NCBI GenBank assembly: GCA_977862235.1 | Contig: OZ374566.1 | Span: forward strand, 124,001-188,000 | Reading direction: 5' to 3' | DNA from: Dudresnaya verticillata | Taxonomy: Eukaryota | Length of the DNA stretch: 64,000 nt | Shown here: positions 43,754 to 54,429 of the stretch, piece after piece | How positions within the stretch are numbered: position 1 is the first letter of the stretch | How the letters are laid out: every line of letters begins with the position of its first letter | The notes under the pieces: generated by a model | Told to the model about the DNA's origin: nothing | What the model saw: only the letters and a program-made list of their open reading frames with translations | The model's database searches: none | Made by a program: the position numbers and the translations under genes

Positions 43754-45904
43754 TCACGGGTCTGGCCGCCCGAAATCGACACCGGCCAAAAGAAACCGCG
43801 CTCCTCCGATTCGTACGGAAAGCTCCGAAAAAGAGCTCCAGTAGCTGCCTCGCAGCGACGAGCACTTTGCAAGCAGGAGAATATCCGCCAACGCAAACGG
43901 TAAGCAATCCTTTGTACGGCTGTCGCAGTTTCTCGGCGTGAAGAACACTCGAGAAGGAAACTCCTTGTCGAGACGGGCCAAGACCTCCTTCTGGTCTGCA
44001 GCAACGTAGAACAATTGTTCGCTTGGTTGCTTCCTCATTTCCGCGATGAATGTATCAACCTGTGTCAAGTTTCGCCAATAGTCTGTTCGCCGAGAACTTT
44101 CTTCGCTGTAGTCTGCAGAAGTGACACCGTGGATATCAGACTTGATGGATCTCCCTCGAATATGTATGCCTATCATTGACGACATGGGATAAGTTGCGAA
44201 TCGTTCTGTTAATCGAACAACATCGATATGAGGAGTGAGCGTGCGGAGCACCTGCCAATACGAGCTTTGTGCCCGAATGATAAATGGTGTCACAGCAGAC
44301 TGGATGACATAGCACGTCGACACATATATGTGATGCAGTTTGTCATCCACAACTTGTTCAGAAGCTGAGTTTGCCGGCAACCCGTTCATCCGCATGTAAT
44401 TGTACCACTTGACACTCTTCATCGCGGTGTCAGTTTGAGCAGTTTTGTTGAACGGCCAAGGTTCCTTGTCAAAGAACGTGTCAGATACGACAAACTCATC
44501 GCTCTGCACAAACAAATCAGTATATCTACAGCTGAGATGTTGATCTGCAACCCATATCAGGACCAAAACTCTGTTTGTTGCTCGTGAAAACGCCATCGCG
44601 GAGCCAAGCGCACGCAATCGATTTCCGAGTCCGTACTGGGCGTGAACGAAAAAAGCCCGTGGATTCTGGACGCCGTTTCGCCTCTTGCTCATGAGCTTGA
44701 GAAGCAGCAACCGTCGCGCAAAAGGTGACATTCCTTGTAGAAGGAGAGTGGGAATCTTGAAAGTGTTGCGCAATTCCTGTTCAGCATTCTCTGCGATCCT
44801 TGTTTCCCGGCGACGACCAAGGATAGCTGCACTATGAATTACGTCTTGAAAAGCAGCATCGTTGGCTTGAAGCTCTTCCAAAAGAATTCTTTCTTGCGCT
44901 GCTCGAGGAGCATATTTGCTCCAAACAACCTCCGAGAGCGAGAGGGAGACATGGACATCGACAGCAGCAAGGTTGTCCAGAGTTGCAGTGCTCTTTGTGT
45001 TGCCCACTGTTGAGGTCCCATCTGTGTTCTGGTCTTCATCAAGATCGGTGATGTCCGAGTCGTGCGTAGACGGGTTGTTGACGTTGGCTTGGAGGTCAGA
45101 GTTGTGCGTTGAAAAGCGTCCTAGGGCAGCAGTTGGAACAACGGCGTCGATGATGCCAAATTCGGCCCAGTCGGGGAGGCCGGCACTGTCGAAGGAGCGT
45201 ATGGTATTGTCGTGCGGCTGTATTGAAAGGAGCATAGCGTCTTTGTTGATGACACCGCCGCTGCGTAATCGAAGGACTTGTGTCACGCTCTCCGCATTGC
45301 TGCAGTCGAGAAAGGCGAAGGAGACGCGGCCTGTGGCTCGTGCGTACGCAATAGAACTGGCCAAGGCACGCAAGCATTGTTGGATGTTGCACCCAGATAT
45401 GTATGTGAAGACGGCTTTCCGAGTCGGAGGGGAAAGTGAGGAGTTTGAGGGAGGTCTCGAAAGTAGGTTGAGAAGGGCGGCTTGATGTGAGGGAGAGAGG
45501 ATGCTGGTATATCGGATGGGGACGTTGTGAGTGGCGTGGAGTTGATGCTCAATGGGTGAGAGATTAGGCTTGTTGCGGAAGATGAGGTGGTTGGAGGAAG
45601 CGTAGAAGGCGAGCGGCGACGGTTTGAGAGTGGTGTGCATGAAGCATGTTTCTGCCAAGATGAAGAAGAGCAGGAGGAAGAAGGCGGTAATACCCGCGGC
45701 TGAAATACCCATGGTGGAACCAACTTCGCGCCTCGCAGCGGAGAAGTACTTTCGAGCGGTGAAGGGGCGCGGGTAGGGCGATGGGACGAAGGATGGGTCC
45801 TTCTTGCGGACGGGGTTCTTCGACGAGGGAGTGGCGGGTTGTTGCGAGAGGAATTCGTACCAGCACTGGCGGGCTGTTCGTTTTGGGGGGGCGCCGTGGT
45901 CCAT
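43754..45904 (-). CDS. Type II membrane fucosyltransferase-like glycosyltransferase (GT11/GT23/NodZ-type motifs)
   Basis: Signal anchor, YGLGNRLRA, IGIHIRG, FYVAAD, and ADILLLAKC..RGSYWSSFSE. Confidence 0.85.
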   Translation of the reverse strand: MDHGAPPKRTARQCWYEFLSQQPATPSSKNPVRKKDPSFVPSPYPRPFTARKYFSAARREVGSTMGISAAGITAFFLLLFFILAETCFMHTTLKPSPLAFYASSNHLIFRNKPNLSPIEHQLHATHNVPIRYTSILSPSHQAALLNLLSRPPSNSSLSPPTRKAVFTYISGCNIQQCLRALASSIAYARATGRVSFAFLDCSNAESVTQVLRLRSGGVINKDAMLLSIQPHDNTIRSFDSAGLPDWAEFGIIDAVVPTAALGRFSTHNSDLQANVNNPSTHDSDITDLDEDQNTDGTSTVGNTKSTATLDNLAAVDVHVSLSLSEVVWSKYAPRAAQERILLEELQANDAAFQDVIHSAAILGRRRETRIAENAEQELRNTFKIPTLLLQGMSPFARRLLLLKLMSKRRNGVQNPRAFFVHAQYGLGNRLRALGSAMAFSRATNRVLVLIWVADQHLSCRYTDLFVQSDEFVVSDTFFDKEPWPFNKTAQTDTAMKSVKWYNYMRMNGLPANSASEQVVDDKLHHIYVSTCYVIQSAVTPFIIRAQSSYWQVLRTLTPHIDVVRLTERFATYPMSSMIGIHIRGRSIKSDIHGVTSADYSEESSRRTDYWRNLTQVDTFIAEMRKQPSEQLFYVAADQKEVLARLDKEFPSRVFFTPRNCDSRTKDCLPFALADILLLAKCSSLRGSYWSSFSELSVRIGGARFLLAGVDFGRPDP

Positions 45905-46609
45905 CGAAGGACGGCAGGCAGCGTATGGGAGCGAACGAGGACGAGGACGAGGACTAGGACAAGGACGAGGGCGAGGCGCGGGCGACGGAACAGGACAGGC
46001 GACGGAGAGGGTATTCGTTATTCGGGTGGGTGGTCGGGTTTGGGTGCGCGGGTGGGGGTGGGGGGCGTTTAGAGGTGTATGTACAATGGGTACGAGGGCT
46101 GGCGGGCGGTGGAGAGGATTTGGCAAAGCGGGCGGAGGCGAGGAATATGGTGGCAGAAGTAAGGGCAGTGGGAACAGAAGGCTTGCACTGTTGGTCGGGG
46201 CTCTGGCAGTGGGGTGGGCCCGGGCGGGTGCGCGGCAGGTGGCGGTGAGAAGGTGGGCTGTTGTGTTTCCATGTCGTGAGCGTGAAGTGTGCTCTGGCGT
46301 CCGGCGCTCGGTCTCGCGGCAACGCCGCTCCCGCTCTTCCTGCACACAGTGTCAGACCGATACTGCGGCTCTTGCGCAAGCGATGGGTGGCAACGAGGCG
46401 GGCGTGGCGCGCAGCCGACGTGCACGTGGTTTGTGCTCTTTATTCATACCGCGCAGTGTTGAGGTCGTCGATTGTCGGCATCGACGACCGACGCCTATTG
46501 TCAAACAAATAGTGTTACCCCCGTCACCGTAGAAATTCCCAAAGCCCATCATCGCCCGCATCGTCGTCGCCTTCTTCCTCCCCCAACGCCTCCCCAACCC
46601 GCGCCCAAC

Positions 46610-48034
46610 ATGAACGCCCCCGCGCACACCCGCGCCCGCAACCGCGATCTCGACGTCGTCATCGTCGCCGCCTCGCGCACCCCGATCGGCTCGTTCGGCG
46701 GCGGCCTGGCCCCCGTCCCAGCCCCGCAACTGGGAGCAATCGCCATCAAAGGTATGTAGATTGCCGTATCACTTGTTCACAACCGTTGCACCAACACACC
46801 CCGCCTCCCAAAAGTTCTCACACACACACCGGAATCCGAATCCATACGGCGCTCTCCGCCGCCGCGCGCTTGTGCGTGCGCGCGCGTAGATGCTCTGCGC
46901 AAGGCGGGAGTCGCCGCGTCCGCCGTCGAAGCATGCTACATGGGCAACGTATGCTCAGCAGGGCTGGGACAGGCCCCGGCGCGCCAGGCCGCGCTGCAGG
47001 CCGGCCTGCCGGTCACGTGTGTGTGCACCACGGTCAACAAGGTGTGTGCGTCGGGGCTCAAGAGCATCACGCTCGCCGCGCAGGATATTGCGCTGGGCGT
47101 GGCGCGCGTCGTCGTCGCCGGCGGAATGGAGTCGATGTCGGCCATCCCGTACTACCTGCGCGCGGCGCGCTTTGGCGCGCGCATGGGCGACGCCGTGGCC
47201 GTCGACGGCCTGCTGCGCGACGGGCTGCTCGACCCGTCGGCCAGCCTGCACATGGGCATGTTTGCAGAGCAGTGCGCAGCCAAGCACGCCGTCTCGCGAC
47301 GCATGCAGGACGCGCACGCCGCTGAGAGCTACCGCAGAAGCCGCGCGGCGTGGGCCGACGGCAAGTTTGACCACGAGGTGGTCCCGGTGCGCGTGGCCGT
47401 CGACGGCAAGGAAGTCGACGTCGCTGTGGACGAGGAGGTGGCGCGCACGCGCGTCGACAAGATCCCGGCCATGCGCCCGGCGTTTGTCAAGGACGGCTCC
47501 GGCACCGTGACCAGTGGAAACGCGTCGGGGCTCAACGACGGCGCGGCCGCGGTCGTGCTGATGAGCCGCGCGGCCGCGCGTGAGCTCGGCGTGGCCGCGC
47601 TGGCGCGCGTGGTGGGCTATGCGGACGCAGAGACGGAGCCGGCCGAGTTCACGACGGCGCCCGCGCTGGCCATTCCCAAGGCTGTGCGGCGCGCCGGGCT
47701 GGAGATGCGCGACGTGGACGTGTTTGAGGTCAACGAGGCCTTCTCGGTGGTGGCGGTGGCAAACGCAGCGCTGATGCGGCTGGACGCGGACCGCACCAAC
47801 GTGTTTGGCGGGGCGGTCAGCCTTGGACACCCGCTCGGGTGCAGCGGCGCGCGCATTGTGGTTACGCTGCTGTCGGTGATGCAGGACCGCGCGGCAAGGA
47901 CGGGCGTGGCGGGCATTTGCAACGGCGGCGGTGGGTCGACTGCGATGGTGTTGGAGTGGGAGGGGGACAGGGACGGGGACGGGGAGGGGGACGGGGAAAG
48001 GGGTGGGGACGATGCGACGGCGTCGAAGATGTGA
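46610..48034 (+). CDS. Acetyl-CoA acetyltransferase (thiolase II); 2 exons (46610-46751, 46890-48034)
   Basis: [28 protein letters not shown] and CNGGGG. Intron 46752-46889 reads GTATGT...TAG and joins as IK-DALRK. Confidence 0.95.
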
Positions 48035-48344
48035 GAGAAGTGGTGTAGTGTGTGACGAGAGTTTGGTTGCGGGGCGGATGGTACTTGGCGCGCTTTCTTC
48101 GTGGCGCGACCGCAGCGCCAATGCCCTCGTCGATTTATCGAAAATATACGTTTCTGTGTCCGTCTGGGCTCCCGCCAGTCCCTCCATGCGCTGCGCTACA
48201 GTGTTAGGCTGACAAACGCAAAGAGCTAAACAAGAAGGCCCGCGCCCCCCCCCGTGTTGCCCACGATCACCCTTCCTCGCCCTCGCCCTCGCCCTCGCCC
48301 TCGCCCTCGCCCTCGCCCTCCCGCAACCGCACCCTACAGTCAGC

Positions 48345-49739
48345 ATGTCCACAAAGACAAGCCCGCGCACCACGCGCAAGCGCCTGCGCCAGGCAACCCT
48401 CACCGGCTTTGTGGAAGCGTCGGACAGCGTCGACTCGCGCAAGCGCACCAAGGCGGCGCCCAACCTCGCCAAGTCGCAGGGCGCTTGGAACGAGGAGCTC
48501 AAGGGCCTCATGTTCTACGAGCCGCACTCGTGGCGCCCAGACAGCAAGTCGCCCATGACCCGCCGCAACGCACACGTCCGCGTCGCCGCCTTCGACCTCG
48601 ACAGCACCCTCATCACCACCAAGTCCCGCGCAAAGTTCCCCAAGAGCGCGCATGACTGGAAGCTCTACTCCCCGCGCGTCGCCTCCCTGCTGTCCAGCCT
48701 CGCCGAGGAGGGCTATGTCCTCGTCATCTTCACCAACCAGGCCGGTGTTAGCAACGGCCGCATCAACGAGACCTTTGTCAGGTCCCGTCTTGACGGCATT
48801 ATGAACGCTCTCAAGACAGACATTGGCGTCTTTGTCGCCACCTCCAAGGATAATTACCGAAAGCCCGCCACGGGCATGTGGGAGGTCTTTGCCCAGCTCA
48901 TGGGAGGCATTGATAAGATCGATCTGCAGAATTCGTTTTACGTCGGCGATGCCGCGGGTCGCAAGGCCAGACCCGGTGCAGCCGCCGACTTCTCCGACAG
49001 CGATCTGCGCTTCAGCATTAATATTGGCGTCTCGTTTCGCACCCCCGAGGAGTACTTTCTCGGTAGAAGGCATGAAGCTGTCTCGGTCAAGATTGTTCAA
49101 GGCTTTGACCCCCGCATTTTGGTCCAGGAAGAGGGAAGCTCGGTGCTTATCGACGAAGCCACCGATATGGACCAGGTCTTGCGCTCGGTTTTGGACCCTG
49201 AGCACGTTGTCGATGACATCAACCTGGGCAGCTGTGTTGGCGACGCGCTTCCGAATGTGCAGACCGTGGTCCTCATGCACGGCTACCCTGCATCTGGAAA
49301 GACATCTTTTGTCAAGCGGCATTTACTGCCCAGAGGCTATGTGTGGATCAATCAGGACACAATGCAGACATTTGCAAGATGCGCAAGGGCCACACGTGAT
49401 GCTCTTGCAGCCGGCAAGAGTGTCGTCATTGACAACACCAACCCGGACCGAAGCGCACGTGCAAAGTACATTGAACTTGCCAAAACGCTCGATATGAGCA
49501 TCAAAGTAGTCGCGCTGGCAATGCAAACAACAAAAGAGCTGGCACAGCACCTCAATGTCGTTCGCGAGCGCGAAAGCATGGGCAAGGTGCCTCACGTTCC
49601 TTTTGTTGCGTACCATGCTCACAGCAAAAGAGCACACACGCCGGATTGGAGCGAGGGCATGGATCGAATTGCCGTGGTGCGGTTTTTGCCGTGCTTCTCG
49701 TCACAACACGAAAAGTACATGTTCACACGTCTTACTTGA
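48345..49739 (+). CDS. PNKP: Bifunctional polynucleotide 5'-kinase/3'-phosphatase
   Basis: HAD motifs FDLDSTL, TNQAG, RKP and YVGDAAGR..DFSDSD; P-loop GYPASGKT; DNTNPD. Confidence 0.95.
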   Translation: MSTKTSPRTTRKRLRQATLTGFVEASDSVDSRKRTKAAPNLAKSQGAWNEELKGLMFYEPHSWRPDSKSPMTRRNAHVRVAAFDLDSTLITTKSRAKFPKSAHDWKLYSPRVASLLSSLAEEGYVLVIFTNQAGVSNGRINETFVRSRLDGIMNALKTDIGVFVATSKDNYRKPATGMWEVFAQLMGGIDKIDLQNSFYVGDAAGRKARPGAAADFSDSDLRFSINIGVSFRTPEEYFLGRRHEAVSVKIVQGFDPRILVQEEGSSVLIDEATDMDQVLRSVLDPEHVVDDINLGSCVGDALPNVQTVVLMHGYPASGKTSFVKRHLLPRGYVWINQDTMQTFARCARATRDALAAGKSVVIDNTNPDRSARAKYIELAKTLDMSIKVVALAMQTTKELAQHLNVVRERESMGKVPHVPFVAYHAHSKRAHTPDWSEGMDRIAVVRFLPCFSSQHEKYMFTRLT

Positions 49740-49992
49740 TGCGGATTTTGTTCGCTGAGCTGGGGAAAGTATCAGTTTGGGGGCTTGCCAAGATCTGAAA
49801 CAACCTAGCAAGTATTGGACCCTGCGGCAAAAGTGATGATGTTATGTTGACAAGCTACACATATAGTATTGAAGTGCTTAGTAGACAATATTCGAAGATA
49901 GTTGAGTCCAAGACGTGGCAAAACAGGACCGTGACGGGCCTTGTTGTGATGAATGAAAACAAAGAAAGGCTTCTCTCAGTTGTGTCTAGACG

Positions 49993-50712
49993 CTATCGCT
50001 GCGGTGCAGACTCTGGGGGCTTGACCTCTGGCCTCCCCGTAAGAGCTCTGGCCAAGGCATTAGGGTCACCGATATCAGCCTCCTTCTCTCCCATGAGCTC
50101 TTCTCTTAAATCCTTCGGGAGCTCGCGAATGAACTTGGGGAACCACATGATAAATGCAACGACAGCAATTTGCAGAAAGCGATACCTGTATCTCCACAAG
50201 TCTTTCAGCTTCCACGGCGTGCGCTTCTTCTCGTAGTTGAGCTTAGCATACGGCTCGAAGACGAGCTCCGGCGTGCGCACCCAGGTCTTCGAATCCGGTT
50301 TGGGCGGGAAGATGAGCGGGTTACTCCTGGCGTACCATCCGGTCATTTTTCCGTTCTCGAGCATGAGCAGCAGGTGGTGGTACTTGTCGATGGAGTTGCC
50401 GACGAGGTGCAGCGCGAAGAGCCCGTCGGGCTGGTCGGTGACGTTGAGCAGCTTGAAGGTGCTCTTTGCAGTGATGAAGGAGGTCTCGACACGGTCACCG
50501 TTGCGGGCGTACACGAGCACGTGGAGGATGGCGCAGCACGTGGGCTGCGCAGGGTCGAGAACGATTCGGCCGCTTATGGCGCGCTCCATCTGCGGGTCGC
50601 ACACCCCCTCTTGTTGCTCTTGTTCGGGTGCTGCGGCCGGCGCTCGGGCGCAGAGCTGAAGCGCGAGGAGGAGGAGGAGCGCGACTTGCGCGCAGGTGGA
50701 GCGGGGGCGCAT
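49993..50712 (-). CDS. ER membrane protein complex subunit 7-like
   Basis: Signal peptide, beta-rich lumenal domain, then YEKKRTPW-TM-PK..P..REE, which matches the EMC7 layout. Confidence 0.65.
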   Translation of the reverse strand: MRPRSTCAQVALLLLLALQLCARAPAAAPEQEQQEGVCDPQMERAISGRIVLDPAQPTCCAILHVLVYARNGDRVETSFITAKSTFKLLNVTDQPDGLFALHLVGNSIDKYHHLLLMLENGKMTGWYARSNPLIFPPKPDSKTWVRTPELVFEPYAKLNYEKKRTPWKLKDLWRYRYRFLQIAVVAFIMWFPKFIRELPKDLREELMGEKEADIGDPNALARALTGRPEVKPPESAPQR

Positions 50713-51003
50713 GCTTTGTCTGGGAGGAGCAGGCAGAGGCTGCGATGCGTGTCGGGGACGGAGGTTGGAACAAGACGTTTGTCCCGGCGGCCACAGTATC
50801 AGCCACATGGAATTTTCGGGGACGGATCACCGGCCCGCGCCAAACGGAGGAAGCGGCTGCTGCGTACGTGCGCTATGTCCATACGGAGAGATGACCAAAG
50901 CGCGACTGCCACTCCCGCCGCAAAGCGACGCGACGACCGCGCCCAACAGCGCTCGTCTCAACTGCCCTCGCACCCGCGCGCGCGCCCTTAGCCCAACAAC
51001 CGC

Positions 51004-51630
51004 ATGGGCGCGCCGGTCGCGAGCGCTCGAGAGCGCAGCCGCGCGGCAGAGGTGGGGCTGTACACGGTAAGCGCGGCGCTGGCGGCCTTGTGCGCGCTAA
51101 CGGCGCCATTTCTACGGCGGTACAGCGGCGCGCCGTACGTCGCGTCGTCCGCGTCGGCGCGCCGCGCGCTCCGCGCCTTCCTACACGCGCACCGGCGCGC
51201 GCTGCCCGCACGCCCGGCGCCGCGCCTGACCGACCTGGGCGCCGGGTCGGGCGAGGTCGTGCTGGACGCGGCGCGCGCCGGCTTCGCCGCGCGCGGCGTC
51301 GAGCTCAACGCGTGGCTGGTGCTGCGCGCGCGCCTCGCCGCGCGCCGCGCCGCGCGCGGCGTGGCGCGTCACGGCGGCAGCGCGCGCTTCCAGCGGCGCG
51401 ACCTGTGGACGTGCGGGCTGGCGCGCGAGGACGTCATCGTCGTCTTCGGCGTGCCCGACATTATGGACAGGGTCGGCGACCTCGTGCTGGCCGAGTGCGC
51501 GAGCGCGTGCGTGGTTTGCAGCAACACGTTCCCCATTCCCGGCTGGGTGCCCGAGAAGAAGGTGGCCGGCGTGTGGTTCTACCGCGTGGGCGCGCAGGCA
51601 CGTTCGCGAGGGCGCGGCGGCGGCGATTAG
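51004..51630 (+). CDS. FAM173-like class I SAM-dependent methyltransferase
   Basis: N-terminal TM, APYVAS, DLGAGSGE, GVELNAWL, DLW, VVFGV and SNTFPIPGW. Confidence 0.85.
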   Translation: MGAPVASARERSRAAEVGLYTVSAALAALCALTAPFLRRYSGAPYVASSASARRALRAFLHAHRRALPARPAPRLTDLGAGSGEVVLDAARAGFAARGVELNAWLVLRARLAARRAARGVARHGGSARFQRRDLWTCGLAREDVIVVFGVPDIMDRVGDLVLAECASACVVCSNTFPIPGWVPEKKVAGVWFYRVGAQARSRGRGGGD

Positions 51631-51976
51631 GGAGACGGCGCCGCTGCGCTTGCGGAGAACGGTGGCGCTACGCCAGCGCGCCGGCAGGAGGGCGACGCGA
51701 CGGCGACGCGACGGCGACGTCTGTCGACACAGGCGCGTCGATGACGGAGGCGGTGCGGGTGCGACAAGTCACTTGTTTTGATCTGCAGCGCGCGCTGCGC
51801 GCTGGCACCAGAGTGCCCTGCCGTTTCAAAAACGGGAAGGGAAACGCTTGTCGCCGCGCAGCGCAGCCTTCTGCCGCATCCTCAACGACGCCCAGCGCCC
51901 CATCGCCCGTTCGCCATCGCCAGCCTGCGCCCCGCCCCGCGCCCCCCCCCCCCCCCCCCCCCCCGCCGCCGCACGC

Positions 51977-54097
51977 ATGTCCGAGACGTCCTCCACCACC
52001 TCGACCACCGCCATGCCGCCACCGCCGCCGGAGCTCTCGTTCCGTCTGCAGTCGGACAGCCGCCAGGTCTTGACGCGCAAGCGCGCCGCCCAGCTGCTGG
52101 CCCCGCTGTCCGAGGGCCGCTACACCTCGATCACGCTGGGCGGCTGCGCGCTCGGCGACGCCGCCGCCGGCGTCGCGGGCCCCATTCTCGTCAAGCTGGC
52201 CAACCGCCACTGCGTGCGCTCCGTCACGTTTGCAGACTGCATCGCATCGCTGGCGCAGGAGGAGGCCCTCCGCACCCTTTCCGCCCTCGCAGCTTCCATG
52301 GGCATCTGGAAGCACCTCCGTAGCGTCGACCTCAGCCACAACGCACTTGGCTCCATGGGCGTCGCCGCCTGCGCCCCGCTCCTACAAAAGCAGTGCGACC
52401 TGGAGGAGCTCCGCCTCGTCGAAAGTGGACTTGCCACAGAGTCTGCACGCTTGCTGGAGGGCTACCTCTGCCCGGGGCCGGTCACCAACCTCCGTGTCCT
52501 GGACATACACGCCAACCGCCTCGAGTCCCCCGGTACCGTCCACCTTGCCGTCGTCGTGGCCAAGTCTCCCCGTCTAGAGCGCCTGCGCCTATCCTCGCTC
52601 GGCGCCCTCCCAAATGCCCTCATCAAAGTCGCCGAAGCCCTAGCCGGAAAGACCATGCTCAAAGAACTCGATCTTTCCGACAATATGCTCGATGCAGACG
52701 CCGCGGAAAAGCTTGCCGTCGCCCTGCGGCAACTGCCCGCCTTGGAGCGCCTACGCCTCTGCGACCTAGACATGGGCGACGAAGCCTGCTCCCACGTGCT
52801 CAAGGCCCTCGTCAACGTCCCGAGTCCCGTTCGGGAACTTGCGCTCGCGGGCAATGAACTCTCGCCTGCATCCGTGCCCGCACTGCGAACCTTTGTTTTC
52901 TCGCGCTTGACGGAGCTGCGCCATCTCGACCTCGGCCGCAACAGCCTCGGCGCTGACATCGCCCTCGGCCTGGCAGAGTTGCTCAAGGCGGCTCAGGGCG
53001 AGAATAAGCGCATTGCCCTCACGCATGTCCTGCTCAGCTCGAACGAATGTCCCACACTGCCGCTGCTACAGCTCGCGTTGCGGCTGGTCCCGCTTCCGAC
53101 ATTGGAATGCTTCGATATCAGTGGTAACGGCGTTTCAGAAACAGTCGTTGACAAGTTGGCGACAGCCCTTGGATCGAGTGTTGTGGTGTTTGACAGTCCT
53201 GATGCTGGCGAAAGCGCAAGCGCTACAGAAGACAATGAAACGCAGCTCAACAACGGCGATGGAGAGGTGGAAAGCGCACTGGAGGAGCTCTCAAATGCCC
53301 CATGCGCAATCACCAGGGATTCCTCACCCCCTCTAGTGGAGGACTCGCCTACTTCACCCACTCCTCCGAGTCCTGCCGCTTCCTCTCCTGCCGCTGCATC
53401 TCCTGCGGCGTCTTCGCAATCCAGATCAGCAGTTTCGCGCCTGGTCTCAATATTCTCACGCAGCACGAATGACCGCGGAAGCGCGTCTGCATTATCAGCG
53501 CCTTCGACGCAGGTGGCAAACGTGGAAGAATCGAGTCCTATTCAAGAAGATGATGAGCATCGCGCTGAGGCGGAATCCGGGGTAAGTTATGAGGACGATA
53601 GTGGCAGGTTGCCAGAAAGTGGCGATGCTGCAGCAGTAGCTTTAGAAGGAAGAGGAGCAACTGTCACATCATCTTCAACAACATCAACCCGAGACGTTCC
53701 AGAAACACCCACTGCATTCACTCCATCTACACCGGTTGGAAACGCTAGCACCGCGAATCCGAGTGTGATACAGTCTGCAAGGAAGTTGAAAGAATCCATT
53801 GCGTCACTCAGCAAGGAAATTTCAGACGTGGCAGGGGAGCTTCAGATCCCGGTAGCTTCGCCCGCATTGCGGAGAGGAATGGCAACAAGAAGTTCAGCAC
53901 CAGGAGGCGAAGCAACTGAAGGCGTGAATGATTTTTTGCTCGGCGGAGGTCTGAGACAAGAACGACTCAAGCAGGCGCGGCTTGTTGTGTTGCTAGACAT
54001 CCTCGGAGGTCTGCTTGTTACTTTGTTTGTGGTTGTTGTTGTGCTAGCTATTGCACAGTCGCAAGAAGAGTCGACATTTTCGTATCGCCTTGTATAG
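51977..54097 (+). CDS. RanGAP-like leucine-rich-repeat protein with a C-terminal transmembrane helix
   Basis: RI-like LRRs (VDLSHNALG, LDLSDNML, LALAGNEL, LDLGRNSL) with a RanGAP-like N-terminal LRR, an acidic/Ser-rich linker, a short coiled coil, and TM ILGGLLVTLFVVVVVLAI. Confidence 0.75.
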   Translation: MSETSSTTSTTAMPPPPPELSFRLQSDSRQVLTRKRAAQLLAPLSEGRYTSITLGGCALGDAAAGVAGPILVKLANRHCVRSVTFADCIASLAQEEALRTLSALAASMGIWKHLRSVDLSHNALGSMGVAACAPLLQKQCDLEELRLVESGLATESARLLEGYLCPGPVTNLRVLDIHANRLESPGTVHLAVVVAKSPRLERLRLSSLGALPNALIKVAEALAGKTMLKELDLSDNMLDADAAEKLAVALRQLPALERLRLCDLDMGDEACSHVLKALVNVPSPVRELALAGNELSPASVPALRTFVFSRLTELRHLDLGRNSLGADIALGLAELLKAAQGENKRIALTHVLLSSNECPTLPLLQLALRLVPLPTLECFDISGNGVSETVVDKLATALGSSVVVFDSPDAGESASATEDNETQLNNGDGEVESALEELSNAPCAITRDSSPPLVEDSPTSPTPPSPAASSPAAASPAASSQSRSAVSRLVSIFSRSTNDRGSASALSAPSTQVANVEESSPIQEDDEHRAEAESGVSYEDDSGRLPESGDAAAVALEGRGATVTSSSTTSTRDVPETPTAFTPSTPVGNASTANPSVIQSARKLKESIASLSKEISDVAGELQIPVASPALRRGMATRSSAPGGEATEGVNDFLLGGGLRQERLKQARLVVLLDILGGLLVTLFVVVVVLAIAQSQEESTFSYRLV

Positions 54098-54429
54098 ACC
54101 GCTTGTGTGCTCTTGTACTTGTAGTGAGTTGAGGTATTGCACTGTTCCTTTCCGATGCTATCGTCAAGCTTGGATCATACAATGTGACGCACGTATCCTG
54201 TAAAGTTGTTTCTCGTGATTCGTTTGGGTGCAAGTTGCAATCTCGAAGATATGCTGAGAATGGTGTTGTAACCCCAACGGTATATCATTGCAGCCCTCGG
54301 GCAGTAGGGAACTTGCTACGACACGTTGCAAGTCTTTTTACCTATGCAAACAAGCAGCGGGCCTTTGGTGATTACAAAAAGTTATATACTGTTCGTTGTA
54401 AAGTGCAGGACGACAAACACAAGCGTCTG

